DNA of 64,000 nt from an uncultured delta proteobacterium (lineage in GTDB: Bacteria > Desulfobacterota > Desulfobacteria > Desulfobacterales > UBA2156), in NCBI GenBank assembly GCA_963736855.1, contig CAVTQK010000017.1, positions 64,001 through 128,000 of the forward strand, read 5' to 3'. Positions 52,879-63,112 of the stretch are shown here, piece after piece. Position numbers and translations under genes: made by a program. Under the pieces are notes generated by a model. The model saw only the letters and a list, made by a program, of their open reading frames with translations, was not told the DNA's origin and made no database searches. The stretch's first letter is position 1. Each line of letters starts with the position of its first letter.

Positions 52879-53673
52879 ATGGGCCAAAAAAAGAACGTGA
52901 AACAGATCGCTAAATTTCTCGCCTATGTGCTGGGGAGACGGCCGGACGAATTCGGCTTGGTCCCCGATGTAGAAGGATTCGTTAAAATCAATACTCTGCT
53001 CCAGGTCCTGAGTGAGGAGCCGGGATGGGGTTTTCTACGTCGAGCTTTCCTGGACGAAATCATTGCCGTATTTCCTGAGCCTGTCATCGAAATTCGAGAA
53101 AATCGGATTCGCGCCATGGATCGGGTGAATCTGATCCAGGCATCGCCTGCTCTCTTCGTTTCACCACAGTTATTCATCTGCATCCGGCGGAGGGCCTATG
53201 CCCATGCCTTTGAAAATGGGCTTCATGCTGCACAACCGGATCGCCTCCTTTTGTCCGATTCCAGGGACATGGCTTTAAGGATCGGAAGGCGCATGGATCC
53301 TAATCCGGTCCTCCTGACGGTTACTGTCCACGCGGCTCAACAAAAGGGGGTAATCTTTTTCAAGGCCGGCGACTCTCTTTATCTTGCCGATCAGATTCCC
53401 CTTGGTTGTTTCTCCGGTCCACCTCTGCCAAAGGAAACAACCGCCATGCCTTCAAAACCTGAAAAAGCGCCGGATCGAAGGGCATCGGCCGGAAGTTTTT
53501 TCCTGGATTTGGGGCCGAAAAACGGGTCACCCGCGGCAAAAGGAAAAACCAGAGGCGGTCGGAGTCCTTCCTGGAAAAGGGACCGGAAACGGTTGCGCAA
53601 AGAAAAAGAGAAACTTCGGCTAAAAGGGGGCTCTTCCTTCTCTCTCGGGGACATATGGGGAGAGGATGGATAG
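52879..53673 (+). CDS. KptA/Tpt1-like RNA 2'-phosphotransferase homologue with divergent motifs
   Basis: KFLAYVLGRRPDEFGLVPD.EG, NRIRA, ALRIGRR..P, YLADQIP. Confidence 0.75.
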   Translation: MGQKKNVKQIAKFLAYVLGRRPDEFGLVPDVEGFVKINTLLQVLSEEPGWGFLRRAFLDEIIAVFPEPVIEIRENRIRAMDRVNLIQASPALFVSPQLFICIRRRAYAHAFENGLHAAQPDRLLLSDSRDMALRIGRRMDPNPVLLTVTVHAAQQKGVIFFKAGDSLYLADQIPLGCFSGPPLPKETTAMPSKPEKAPDRRASAGSFFLDLGPKNGSPAAKGKTRGGRSPSWKRDRKRLRKEKEKLRLKGGSSFSLGDIWGEDG

Positions 53674-54096
53674 GCTTCCATCTTTTTCCACTTTCACGGC
53701 CGTGTGCCGATAGGTGGAGTACCAGATGCCGATTTGCCGTCCTTGTGGGTCCAGGATTTCGGATCCCACAGGATCTTCCTGATGATACGGGAAATACATG
53801 AAGTTGAGCATTCTCTTGAATTTTTCCCCTTTCGGGTCCACCGGCGTCCACATCCTGGAGTTGAATCGGATATCCGGCCGGATCCCGACGACGGCATAGG
53901 GCATGAATTCTCTTCCATTGTAATAATAACGGTATTCTTCAGGGACCTGTGCCTCCTTGAACTGGAGGGTAATAGACGGGTTGCCCCTCAGGTTTCCGTA
54001 AGCTTTAAAGCACCCTGATAATATAAACCCCAGCATCAGCAGGACGACCCCGCTGAAAGCCAAGCGAAACCACGATATCTGTAATAAATTTTTCAT
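53620..54096 (-). CDS. Putative lipoprotein
   Basis: Lipobox LSGC; GGAG RBS. Confidence 0.7.
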   Translation of the reverse strand: MKNLLQISWFRLAFSGVVLLMLGFILSGCFKAYGNLRGNPSITLQFKEAQVPEEYRYYYNGREFMPYAVVGIRPDIRFNSRMWTPVDPKGEKFKRMLNFMYFPYHQEDPVGSEILDPQGRQIGIWYSTYRHTAVKVEKDGSLSILSPYVPEREGRAPF

Positions 54097-54153
54097 GTAT
54101 TGATTCTCCTCGTTTCCCAGGGGTTGTCATGGCGTGTTTCCCGGACAGCATCT

Positions 54154-54498
54154 TCAACATGGATCGATGGTGCCGTCGTCCTCGATGAGATAACACCGGC
54201 GGTCATCGTCTTCCATAAAAAAAGATGCTGTTCGATCCGTTTCCGTATCCCCCATGTCCCTGAAGACCGACAGGTAATACCATCCTTCAGAGATATCTTC
54301 GAAATAATCCATGGATTCAAAGCGCGGATAGCGCTTCAGGTCCAGGGTCTCAACGATTTGATCATCCACCTGGCGGCGCAACTCCACCCGATAATCATGC
54401 TCGTCATAGTTATAGATCTGGATATACCCATCAAAGGATAGGCGACATCCGAAGAATAATAGAAAAATCATACCACCCAGGACACCAAGGTATTTCAT
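54154..54498 (-). CDS. Putative lipoprotein
   Basis: Signal peptide ending FFGC. Confidence 0.65.
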   Translation of the reverse strand: MKYLGVLGGMIFLLFFGCRLSFDGYIQIYNYDEHDYRVELRRQVDDQIVETLDLKRYPRFESMDYFEDISEGWYYLSVFRDMGDTETDRTASFFMEDDDRRCYLIEDDGTIDPC

Positions 54499-54566
54499 GG
54501 GTCTTTTTCCATCCGTTATCTTTCCTATGTTCTAAAAATAGAACAGCTTTTCAAGCTTGTCATCTT

Positions 54567-56606
54567 TCATATAGCCTTTGGCCCTTTAGACAGGGAAAGC
54601 ACCGACTCCGGGCGGATTGCAGTGGATTCCGTCGGAGACTTTTCCGATAAAAGGGGATGTTTTCGGATCGTCCAGGATTCCCGGTACATGAAGGCGATGA
54701 CTGTGAAAAAAAGAAATTCTATCAGGTCATCCACGAAAAGGGACGGTCTTTTTTCCAAAAGGATTTCCCGGTATCGGGATTCTTGTTCCAATAGCCGCTT
54801 GAGATGCTCGAGGGAGGATAGAAAGTTTAAAACCTGCTCCCGGGTTTGGGCTTTGTGGCTCGAATTATTTTCCTCAAGGCTATGGATTTGTTTCCCGATG
54901 GATTCGGCGTCGGATGCGGCAAGGGCTTCCAGTTGGGTCTTCGGAAGTGACGTTTGGGAGGACAATAAAGAGGAGATTCGGTCCTTCAGTTCGTCATGAG
55001 TTTTCTCCAGCAGTTCCTGAAGCATCGGGCAGATCAACTCCGACAGGGAAATTTTCAGGGATTTCAGAGCGTCTCGATAATGGGATCCTTGCCAGGTCAG
55101 TTCGCTGACCGCGCTGTGCCAGAAGACCCAGCTGGCATGTTGGAAAAGATCTGCCGGAGCCCGGTCTTTCAGGGATGACTTCCGGGACGCAAGGACAATT
55201 TCAGGCAAGAGCTTGCCGGTTTTTTCAAAAAGCGTCTCACCGGTCGCGGCAAAAAAAATCAGTCCGACAGCGGCATAAACGTCCTGAAGGAAGAAGGTTC
55301 TCTTCAAATCTCCCAGCAGTTTTTCTAGGAAAGGGTTGGGAAAAAGATGAGAAGGTGTCGAAAAGGCAGGGGTTCCGGTACAGAGGGGTTGTTCGATGGC
55401 GTCCGTGTTTGAATCCAGTGCCACCGCGGTTTCCAGGTCGATGAGTCCCAGTTCAATAATTTCCGGATCCACCACCCCGCGTTCAAGCCTTTCAGGCTCG
55501 GCCACAATAAAGATGTTTTCCGGCTTGAGGTCTCGCAAGGAAAGTGCCTGTGATTTCAGGTTCGCCAGTAAGGAGAGAATGCTTGTGATGATGCCGGTGA
55601 TTTTTCCTTTGTTTCTTTCCCTCCAGGTTTTTTCAGTCTGTTGCCGATTGGCTTTACGGAAGGCGTTGATGGTCTCCCGATGCTTTTCTGAAAAACGGGC
55701 TAAAAACCCCGGCAGCGTTTGAATCAACGGCTCGGGAAGCCCAGGTTCTCCGCTCTTCAGGTTCTGACCGGATAGGTGCGCCGTAAACCATGCCCGACGT
55801 CGTGGCGTGGAAACGGAAGCGTCGCATCGATATTGGCCTAGGATGTCGGCGATCCATTCTTCATACTCGGCCAAGACATGTCCCATCTCAAAGATTGCCG
55901 GATCCTCTTCGGCGATCAGCAGAGGATCGATCCCATGCGTTTCCCAGAGAGAGTCGGTCGGCTTCAGGAAATCGCGGGTAAAAATATCGTTTCGGCCGTG
56001 GATCTTATCAATTTCCTGGATTAAAAAGGTGTATTGCGATAGATTCATGAAAAAGGCAAATGATCCCCCGATTTGCAGGTAGTTCTGAAGATTCGGTTCT
56101 TTCCTGAGAAGAAAGATGTACCGTTTTTCGATTTCCTCCGGTGACCGAGCCTTCGGGTGGTGAAGTTGGGGAATTTTGTTCAGCACTGTGGAAAGAGAGG
56201 GGACTATGCACCGGATGGGGGGTGCAGCTTTCTGAGCGATGCGCCAGTCCCTGCTGATGCATTGAATGTAAGTGTTGAATTCATAGATAGGCTGGAGTGG
56301 GATTTTCACGACCATCAGATCATCAAAAATTACATGATAGCAGGTGCTCCTATTGGTGATATTGGCTCCGAGCCTTCCAAGGGTCATGCGTCTGGATCGC
56401 CACGTTCCCTGATGGTTGACCCGAAGGGTGTAAATCAGGTTCGAAACAGGGTTCTCGTAAGTCTGCGGTGCCATTTCTACCCGGCTTTCGGCTGCAGGAT
56501 CTGCCGAAAGCTGCAGCTTGTAAAGCTTTAAAAAAAACAGGAGGATGGCATCGGATCCCCTCGATACTTGTCTTTTCGCATCGATTTCAGTATTGAATTC
56601 CGTCAT
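54567..56606 (-). CDS. Atypical Ser/Thr protein-kinase-like protein
   Basis: VVKIP, LRDLKPENIF, LIDLET, GTPAFSTP, QDVYA. Confidence 0.75.
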   Translation of the reverse strand: MTEFNTEIDAKRQVSRGSDAILLFFLKLYKLQLSADPAAESRVEMAPQTYENPVSNLIYTLRVNHQGTWRSRRMTLGRLGANITNRSTCYHVIFDDLMVVKIPLQPIYEFNTYIQCISRDWRIAQKAAPPIRCIVPSLSTVLNKIPQLHHPKARSPEEIEKRYIFLLRKEPNLQNYLQIGGSFAFFMNLSQYTFLIQEIDKIHGRNDIFTRDFLKPTDSLWETHGIDPLLIAEEDPAIFEMGHVLAEYEEWIADILGQYRCDASVSTPRRRAWFTAHLSGQNLKSGEPGLPEPLIQTLPGFLARFSEKHRETINAFRKANRQQTEKTWRERNKGKITGIITSILSLLANLKSQALSLRDLKPENIFIVAEPERLERGVVDPEIIELGLIDLETAVALDSNTDAIEQPLCTGTPAFSTPSHLFPNPFLEKLLGDLKRTFFLQDVYAAVGLIFFAATGETLFEKTGKLLPEIVLASRKSSLKDRAPADLFQHASWVFWHSAVSELTWQGSHYRDALKSLKISLSELICPMLQELLEKTHDELKDRISSLLSSQTSLPKTQLEALAASDAESIGKQIHSLEENNSSHKAQTREQVLNFLSSLEHLKRLLEQESRYREILLEKRPSLFVDDLIEFLFFTVIAFMYRESWTIRKHPLLSEKSPTESTAIRPESVLSLSKGPKAI

Positions 56607-56704
56607 GGACGCACTTTCTTTGTGGAAGTCTTACACCGATTCGGGATCCATATCAAGCCGGTCGGCGAGAAACCGGCATCCAAAAATTCCGACAGGAGGA
56701 CCCC

Positions 56705-57430
56705 ATGCCGGTACTGACGCTTGAAACCGATACGGGTATCCGGAAAGAATATATTCTGAAAGAGGGGATTTCCCTGTCCATCGGACGCCAGGAAAACAAC
56801 GACATCGTCATCCCGGACACCTCCGTCTCCCGCCATCATGCAGGCATAGAATCAGAAGGGGATGCTTTTTTCCTCACCGATTACCAAAGCCGGAATGGAT
56901 CTTTCGTCAATGGACAGTTGGTGATTTTTAGAAAGCTGGCTCATGGGGATGTGATCACCATCGGCAACCAGACCATGTCTTTTTTTTACCGGGAAGTAGA
57001 AAAGCGACCCGAAGAGGAAGCGGAAGAGAAGTCCGAAATGACGATGGCCATAGACACCCGGGATCACCGGTCTCTTTTGGCCCGGGGGGTTGCCGGACTG
57101 GTTTCGGATTCTGAAACGGGCGGGCTGATGGGGGTACTGGTTTATATCTCCGGAGGCAGCGGAGAAGTGCTCCTGGAAAAGGATACTGTACGCATTGGGA
57201 AAAGCGCGGATTCTGACATTGTCATCCGGGGAATTCTGGTGGGAAAAACTGCGGCGATTATCCTTAAAAGCCATGATGGATATGTGATTCGCCCCGGCGA
57301 AGGGATGGCTAAACCCAAGGTCAACTTCACAGCGCTCAAGGATGAAGCTCGACTCAACGAGTTCGACGTTATCGACATCGGCTCCGTGAAGCTTCAATTT
57401 CAATACCGGAGGCATCAAGACCGGGTGTGA
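56705..57430 (+). CDS. Tandem FHA-domain protein
   Basis: IGRQENNDIVIPDTSVSRHHA, SRNGSFVNG; second FHA-like IGKSADSDIVI. Confidence 0.9.
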   Translation: MPVLTLETDTGIRKEYILKEGISLSIGRQENNDIVIPDTSVSRHHAGIESEGDAFFLTDYQSRNGSFVNGQLVIFRKLAHGDVITIGNQTMSFFYREVEKRPEEEAEEKSEMTMAIDTRDHRSLLARGVAGLVSDSETGGLMGVLVYISGGSGEVLLEKDTVRIGKSADSDIVIRGILVGKTAAIILKSHDGYVIRPGEGMAKPKVNFTALKDEARLNEFDVIDIGSVKLQFQYRRHQDRV

Positions 57431-57499
57431 AGCTCCATGCGGCGGGGAGTGGGGGAGTGAGTCTGCTGAGACGGTTTAAGATCGTTCAAAGAGAGGATT

Positions 57500-59776
57500 A
57501 TGGCTGATCCAGCACCGGTAAGCCGATTCCAAACGCCGGCCGTGATTCGGTTTCAGACATGTCCCAAAGCGGTTCTTCTGGGTCTAGGGACTGTCATGAT
57601 CGTGTCGGTCATCCTCCTGGTTGTTTACCTGCTTGCCATGCGACCGGTTTCATCGGGTTACATTGCAGATCCGGTATTCTGGGGGCTGGCGGCGACTTGG
57701 GCTCTTTCAACCTTGTCTGCCGGTATCCTTCTCTTTCGGTGGTTCATCAGCCCCTCGGAGAAACTCGCCCATTTTCTCTTGCTCAAAAGCCGGAAGCAGG
57801 AGGTCTCCGAAGATCGACGCGTTCCCGGCAACTGGCTCCCATGGTTCAATGTAGTTTCCACGATTTTCAATCGGACGGAACTGCTGGCGGACGAAGTAGA
57901 AAAAAAGAGTGCCCAGCTTCAGGAAAAGATCAACCTGATCCGCCGTTTTTCCTGGGTTTTTGAAAGGAATGAAGAACTCACCGCGGAAGTGGAGAAAAAG
58001 AACGGTGAGCTTGAAATGGCGGTGGAAAAATATCGACTGGCCGCCGAGGAGCTCAAAAGCCATCGAGATCACCTGGAAGAAATGGTGAACGAGAGGACCC
58101 GTGAAGTTTCCATCGCCAACGAGAAGCTCAAGGAGATGATCGAAAGAGCCAATGAAATGGCCGAAAAAGCCCAAGCCGCCAACCAGGCCAAGACCCGGTT
58201 TTTAGCCAACATGAGTCACGAGATCCGCACTCCCTTGAATGCCATCATCGGGTTCACCGATATGATGCTGGAGACCAAATTAGACGAGGACCAGCTTGAT
58301 TACGTCAATATCACCCGCAAGAGCAGCGAGGCCTTGTTTGGATTGCTGAACAACATCCTGGATTTTTCCAAAATCGAGGCCGGAGAATTGGACCTGGAGT
58401 GCGTGGATTTCGATCCTGAGCTGTTGGTCTTTGATATCTGCGAAGTCATCCGGCCCAAGATCGGAAACAACCCGGTGGAAGTCATCTGCCGCATCGGTGA
58501 CAAGGTGCCCCAGACTGTCAAGGGAGATCCGAGTCGGTTCCGGCAGGTTCTGACCAACCTGATGGGAAATGCCGCCAAATTCACACGATCCGGAGAGATC
58601 GAGTTGTTTTTAGACGTGGAACAGGAGGCGCCGGTGCGTATCGAGCTTCATACGGCGGTCCGGGACACAGGAATCGGGATTGCCGAAGGGAAGCTTGAAA
58701 GCATTTTCGATCCCTTTCAGCAGGCGGACGAGTCGATGACCCGGGAGTATGGCGGTACCGGCCTCGGATTGTCCATCTCACGTCAGATCGCTAGTCTGAT
58801 GAAAGGGGATGTATGGGCGGAAAGCCGGCCGGGTTTCGGGAGCACATTTCATTTTAAGGCATGGATGGAGCTTCCGGAACAACGGCCGGAAAAGCAGCGC
58901 GCTCCCTTAACCCTTGCCGGGAAAAGGGTGTTAGCCCTGGATCGAAGCCCTGCGCATCTCAAAATTCTGACACAGGGGCTGGAGTCCGCCGGCATGGAAG
59001 TCATCGGGGTTGATAGTGTGTCCGAGGCGATCCATGCCTTCAAGGAAAGTTTAACCTCTGGCAGGAAGATCGATCTAGGGATCTTGGATATCCAGGCGCC
59101 TGCGGGAGGCGGTTGCCTCCTGGCATCCACCATTAAATCGCTCGGGAATACCGTGTCCGGCGTGCCGCTGATCGCCCTGTCCGCATCTTTGGAACGGGAG
59201 GGACAGAATTGCCGTCGCGCTGGTTTCGGCGCCTTCCTTTCCAAACCGTTCCCCATGTCCAGGCTGTTTCAAGTGGCCGAACGCCTCCTGTCGAATAAGG
59301 ATACGGCCCTATTCCGGGAAGGGCTTGTGACGCGGCATTCAGTTCAGGAGGAAATAAAACGTTCGGTGCGAATTCTTCTAGTTGAAGATAATCCGGTAAA
59401 CCAGAAGCTTTCCCAGACCATGCTGTTCAAAGCCGGATATCAGGTGGAAGTTGCTCAAAACGGAAGGGTGGCCCTCGAAAAATACTCCGCGGATCCGAAG
59501 GAAGTCGATCTGATCCTCATGGATGTACAGATGCCGGAGATGGACGGCATCGAGGCGACGCAGGAAATCCGGAAGGTGGAATCCGACCTTCCTGAAGATC
59601 AAAAGCGGCGCGTTCCTGTCATTGCCCTGACCGCCCATGCCATGAAAGGTGATCGGGAAATGTGTCTGGATGCCGGCATGGACGATTACCTCACCAAACC
59701 GATCAAGCGCGAGGTCGTCCTGGAAATCCTTAAAAAATGGATTTTGAGAAACGATCGTGTCGCGCACTCCATTTAA
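57500..59776 (+). CDS. Membrane hybrid histidine kinase with two receiver domains
   Basis: [51 protein letters not shown]. Confidence 0.95.
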   Translation: MADPAPVSRFQTPAVIRFQTCPKAVLLGLGTVMIVSVILLVVYLLAMRPVSSGYIADPVFWGLAATWALSTLSAGILLFRWFISPSEKLAHFLLLKSRKQEVSEDRRVPGNWLPWFNVVSTIFNRTELLADEVEKKSAQLQEKINLIRRFSWVFERNEELTAEVEKKNGELEMAVEKYRLAAEELKSHRDHLEEMVNERTREVSIANEKLKEMIERANEMAEKAQAANQAKTRFLANMSHEIRTPLNAIIGFTDMMLETKLDEDQLDYVNITRKSSEALFGLLNNILDFSKIEAGELDLECVDFDPELLVFDICEVIRPKIGNNPVEVICRIGDKVPQTVKGDPSRFRQVLTNLMGNAAKFTRSGEIELFLDVEQEAPVRIELHTAVRDTGIGIAEGKLESIFDPFQQADESMTREYGGTGLGLSISRQIASLMKGDVWAESRPGFGSTFHFKAWMELPEQRPEKQRAPLTLAGKRVLALDRSPAHLKILTQGLESAGMEVIGVDSVSEAIHAFKESLTSGRKIDLGILDIQAPAGGGCLLASTIKSLGNTVSGVPLIALSASLEREGQNCRRAGFGAFLSKPFPMSRLFQVAERLLSNKDTALFREGLVTRHSVQEEIKRSVRILLVEDNPVNQKLSQTMLFKAGYQVEVAQNGRVALEKYSADPKEVDLILMDVQMPEMDGIEATQEIRKVESDLPEDQKRRVPVIALTAHAMKGDREMCLDAGMDDYLTKPIKREVVLEILKKWILRNDRVAHSI

Positions 59777-59805
59777 AAAAGTGAGGGTAAGTCCACGGCA
59801 GACTC

Positions 59806-60690
59806 ATGGAAATGCTCCATCCCATACCTCAATGTACGGAATGCCTCTTGTCGCTTGCCCGAAATGCCGCGAAGTTGGCAGCCGGAGAAAATCCGGAATT
59901 CGTCGAGAAGATGGAATCCACGGCAAAAGATTTCCTGACGCAAGCCCAGAACAGAAAATGGACCTCTCCCCAGATCGCCAATAAAATTCTACGGCGGATC
60001 CGCGATGCGACGGGAACTTTCGATCCGTACCGGGAATTCAAAATCCGGGAGATGGATCAGGCCAAAAGAATCTATGACCACATGAAGGCTCAACTTCCGC
60101 AGGATTTAAGAGGAAGGATCCGAACTGCCGTTGCGGGGAACAGCTTCGACTTTTTCAAGGATCCGGAAGCCCTTTGCGACGACATCCTCCGGTCCCTGGC
60201 GGATGCGGCACCGTTTGCCTATGACCATGTGGATCGGCTGGAGACTTTCCTGGAATCCGGCAAGAGGAAAATTCTATATTTTACGGATAATGCGGGGGAA
60301 GTCTATTTCGACCTCCCCTTATTGGATTATCTGGCAAAGAAAGATGGGTGGCCGATTCTTGTTGTCAAGGGCGGTCCGGCCCTCAACGACCTGACGCGAT
60401 CCGATCTCGAACGAGCAGGCTTGATGGATCGTTTTGATCAGGTGGAAGATACCGGGACCGACGGAGCCGGCATAGATTGGGAACGGGTCTCGGATCGCTT
60501 CATGGGACTGATAAAGGAATCTGACTTGATTCTGTCCAAGGGAATGGCCAACTTTGAGACGGTTTTCCCGAAAGACCTTCCGTGTCCTATATTGTTTTTG
60601 TTCCGGGTCAAATGCGAACCGATCCATCGCTATATTGCTGCTCCGGTGAACAGCAACGTCGCCTTGTGGAAAGACGCCGGAATCACTTAA
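59806..60690 (+). CDS. DUF89/ARMT1-like damage-control phosphatase
   Basis: CTEC, DPYREFK, AGNSFDF, DNAGEV, NDLT, KGMANFE. Confidence 0.88.
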   Translation: MEMLHPIPQCTECLLSLARNAAKLAAGENPEFVEKMESTAKDFLTQAQNRKWTSPQIANKILRRIRDATGTFDPYREFKIREMDQAKRIYDHMKAQLPQDLRGRIRTAVAGNSFDFFKDPEALCDDILRSLADAAPFAYDHVDRLETFLESGKRKILYFTDNAGEVYFDLPLLDYLAKKDGWPILVVKGGPALNDLTRSDLERAGLMDRFDQVEDTGTDGAGIDWERVSDRFMGLIKESDLILSKGMANFETVFPKDLPCPILFLFRVKCEPIHRYIAAPVNSNVALWKDAGIT

Positions 60691-60989
60691 AGCGCATATC
60701 GGCCTTTTCCTGTTTGGCGTTTTTAGAGGCCTCCGTCAACCACCCTGTTTTTGGATCTTTCACTCCATCGAACCGGCCGACATAGGGCTTGATGTCCAGA
60801 AGCGGAGTCCCGTCAACGATATCCACGTTTTCGATGAACAGAATATGCCTTTCGATACGCATCAATCGTACTACGGAGATTCTAAAGGGATTAGGGCGTT
60901 TCGGCGCCCGAAGGCTGGATCGGGGCCCATTCCACGATCCGAAAAGGTGAATGAATGATACCGATGGGGATGTAGGAAAGCGAGAGCAT
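60683..60989 (-). pseudogene. trmO: TrmO/TsaA tRNA methyltransferase with internal deletion
   Basis: PIGIIHSPF...APIQP jumps out of frame to APKRPNP.ISVVRL...DGTPLLDIKPY; middle of the gene missing. Confidence 0.8.
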
Positions 60990-60999
60990 GGTTTTTATT

Positions 61000-61075
61000 T
61001 GGTACGCCCGGCTGGGATCGAACCAGCGGCTTTCAGCTCCGGAGGCTGACGCTCTATCCACTGAGCTACGGGCGC
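61000..61075 (-). tRNA. tRNA-Arg(CCG)
   Basis: GCGCCCGTAGCTCAGTGGATAGAGC...CTCCGGA...GGTTCGATCCCAGCCGGGCGTACCA. Confidence 0.97.
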
Positions 61076-61129
61076 ACTTTGTGGGAAAAGAATCTACGAT
61101 AACCCAGACGGAGAGTCAATCCCCATTTT

Positions 61130-62431
61130 TTAATCTGGTCGTTGGAGTATGGAGGGATCTCTTTCGATGGCTGCCTTGACGTCGCCTACCACGTAAAGGG
61201 ATCCGGCAACGCAGATGGACTGATCAGGTCCGGCGGTGACAACGGCATGCCTCAGAGCCTTGCCTGCATCATCAATCACTTCGATATCCCGACATAGGGT
61301 TTTGGCATATTTCAACAGGGTTTGTGTGGGGAGGGCCCGATCTATGGAAGCCCGGGTTAAAATCACTCGACGACAAGTCGGCAGCAGGGCTTTTAGCATG
61401 ATTTGGTAAGGCTTATCGTCCAGAATCCCAAGGACCAGCAAGACGTTTTTGTCCGGGAACCGTTGGGTTAAGAATTCCGCCAGTTTTCGGGAAGCATCGC
61501 GGTTGTGGGCGCCGTCCAGGATGACCAGGGGATCCTTGGAGACGATCTCCAGTCGACCGGGCCATCGGTTTTCTTCCAGGCCCTTGCGAAGGGTTGCTTC
61601 GGGGATATCCGATCCTTTTTCATTCAGGATTTCGCATGCCGCAAGTGCGATGGCGGCATTTTCCGCCTGGTGACGGCCTAAAAGACCGGTTTTCATATCA
61701 GGCCAGATTTTTTGGATTCCGAAATAAGTGAAGGTGTCATTGGCATGCCGACGGACCCGAAAATCGGTGCCAAAACGAAAAAGAGGCGCTTTTTGTTCAT
61801 CGGAGACACGGGTAAGGATGCCGAGTGCGGATGGCTGGCGTACCCCTGTGACCACTGGGGTTTTCGGCTTGATGATCCCGGCTTTTTCATAGGCGATCTT
61901 GGCAATGGTTTTTCCGAGGTAGGCCTGGTGCTCCAGGGTCACATTGGAAATGATTGAAAGAACGGGCTTCACGACATTGGTGGCATCCATCCGGCCGCCC
62001 ATGCCGGTCTCGATGATCGCCCAGTCCACCTTTTTCCGGGCAAAGTGATGGAATGCCATGGCGGTGGTGTATTCGAAAAAGGTGGGCTCACGCCCTCCCG
62101 AAGCTGCTTTTCGAACCGCATCGTGCGCTTCGATCACTGCTGCGTCGTTGATGGGTTCGCCATTGATGGCGATCCGTTCGTTGAAACGGACCAGATGGGG
62201 GGATGTATACAATCCGACCCGTCGGCCGGTGAGGGTCAAAATAGTGGAAAGAGTCGATGCGATGGATCCCTTGCCGTTTGTACCGGCGACGTGAATACAG
62301 GAAAAAGCATCCTGGGGATTGCCCAGTGTATTGAGGATAATGGAAATGGTGTCCAGGCCGAGGACGATACCGAAACGCCTCAGGCTGTACATATATTCCA
62401 GGCATTCGGGATAAGGATTCAGGGAGTCCAT
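61130..62431 (-). CDS. folC: Folylpolyglutamate synthase/dihydrofolate synthase
   Basis: HVAGTNGKGS, YTSPHL, ETGMGGRMDATNV, DGAHN, GSLYVVG. Confidence 0.95.
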   Translation of the reverse strand: MDSLNPYPECLEYMYSLRRFGIVLGLDTISIILNTLGNPQDAFSCIHVAGTNGKGSIASTLSTILTLTGRRVGLYTSPHLVRFNERIAINGEPINDAAVIEAHDAVRKAASGGREPTFFEYTTAMAFHHFARKKVDWAIIETGMGGRMDATNVVKPVLSIISNVTLEHQAYLGKTIAKIAYEKAGIIKPKTPVVTGVRQPSALGILTRVSDEQKAPLFRFGTDFRVRRHANDTFTYFGIQKIWPDMKTGLLGRHQAENAAIALAACEILNEKGSDIPEATLRKGLEENRWPGRLEIVSKDPLVILDGAHNRDASRKLAEFLTQRFPDKNVLLVLGILDDKPYQIMLKALLPTCRRVILTRASIDRALPTQTLLKYAKTLCRDIEVIDDAGKALRHAVVTAGPDQSICVAGSLYVVGDVKAAIERDPSILQRPD

Positions 62432-62438
62432 TTAGATA

Positions 62439-62473
62439 AAACACCCGGCGGAAAACAAGACCGCCGGGTGTTT
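62439..62473 (-). terminator. Terminator after rpsU
   Basis: AACACCCGGCGG...CCGCCGGGTGTT. Confidence 0.8.
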
Positions 62474-62486
62474 AAAACCTTTCGAA

Positions 62487-62690
62487 TTATCGGTAGCGTC
62501 TCTTTGAAGTTGCGATGCGCTGTCTTCTCAAAGCCTCTCTCTGCTTGCGACGCCGGAATTCGCTGGGCTTTTCATAGCTTTTTTTCAGCTTTAAACGCTT
62601 GAACAGGCCGTCATTCTGAATCTTTTTTTTCAGAATGCGCATGGCCTTTTCAAGGTCGTTGTCCAGCACCCTGACCTCAATATTTTTCAA
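62487..62690 (-). CDS. rpsU: 30S ribosomal protein S21
   Basis: LEKAMRILKKK, YEKPSE.RRRK. Confidence 0.93.
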   Translation of the reverse strand: MKNIEVRVLDNDLEKAMRILKKKIQNDGLFKRLKLKKSYEKPSEFRRRKQREALRRQRIATSKRRYR

Positions 62691-62802
62691 ACCATCTCAC
62701 CCCTTTACACACCCCAGTCAGAAAACTTTCCTTCTAAAGGTTTATTTGAACCCATTTGTTTAAATATTATAGGCCTATTCTCTGAGTTTGACAAGTCACA
62801 AT

Positions 62803-62958
62803 TTGATGGCTTCGTAAAAAGTCCAATTTCTGCGTTGCGCTTCATCCCGTTGCGATTTCGACGTACGATAAGTACGCCTCATCACACGGGATTCGCGACG
62901 CCTTGAACTTGAACTTTTTACTTTGCCATCCTAATTTTGAGTTTTTACGATTTCATCA
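62803..62958 (+). repeat. MITE-like repeat, copy 2
   Basis: Terminal inverted repeats TGATGGCTTCGTAAAAA...TTTTTACGATTTCATCA. Confidence 0.85.
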
Positions 62959-62962
62959 CAAT

Positions 62963-63091
62963 TTGATGGCTTCGTAAAAAGTCCATCTGCTGTGTTGCGC
63001 TGCATCCTTCGTCTTTGCGGCGTATCCATAACTACGCCTCACTCCTCAGGATTTGCGCGCCTTGCATCTGTATCTTTTTTCTTTGTCATCA
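62963..63091 (+). repeat. MITE-like repeat, copy 3 (tandem, diverged)
   Basis: Repeats TCACAATTTGATGGCTTCGTAAAAAGTCCA, GTTGCGC..CATCC and TACGCCTCA. Confidence 0.8.
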
Positions 63092-63112
63092 CAAGTTATC
63101 GAATAAAGTTTT

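Noticed and set aside
50659..60690. Sirtuin, KptA and DUF89 as an NAD/ADP-ribose defence system
   Set aside because: Not an operon, interleaved with housekeeping genes, and the sirtuin is an ordinary CobB
62796..63091. CRISPR array
   Set aside because: Only two long units with internal similarity, no unique spacers and no cas genes
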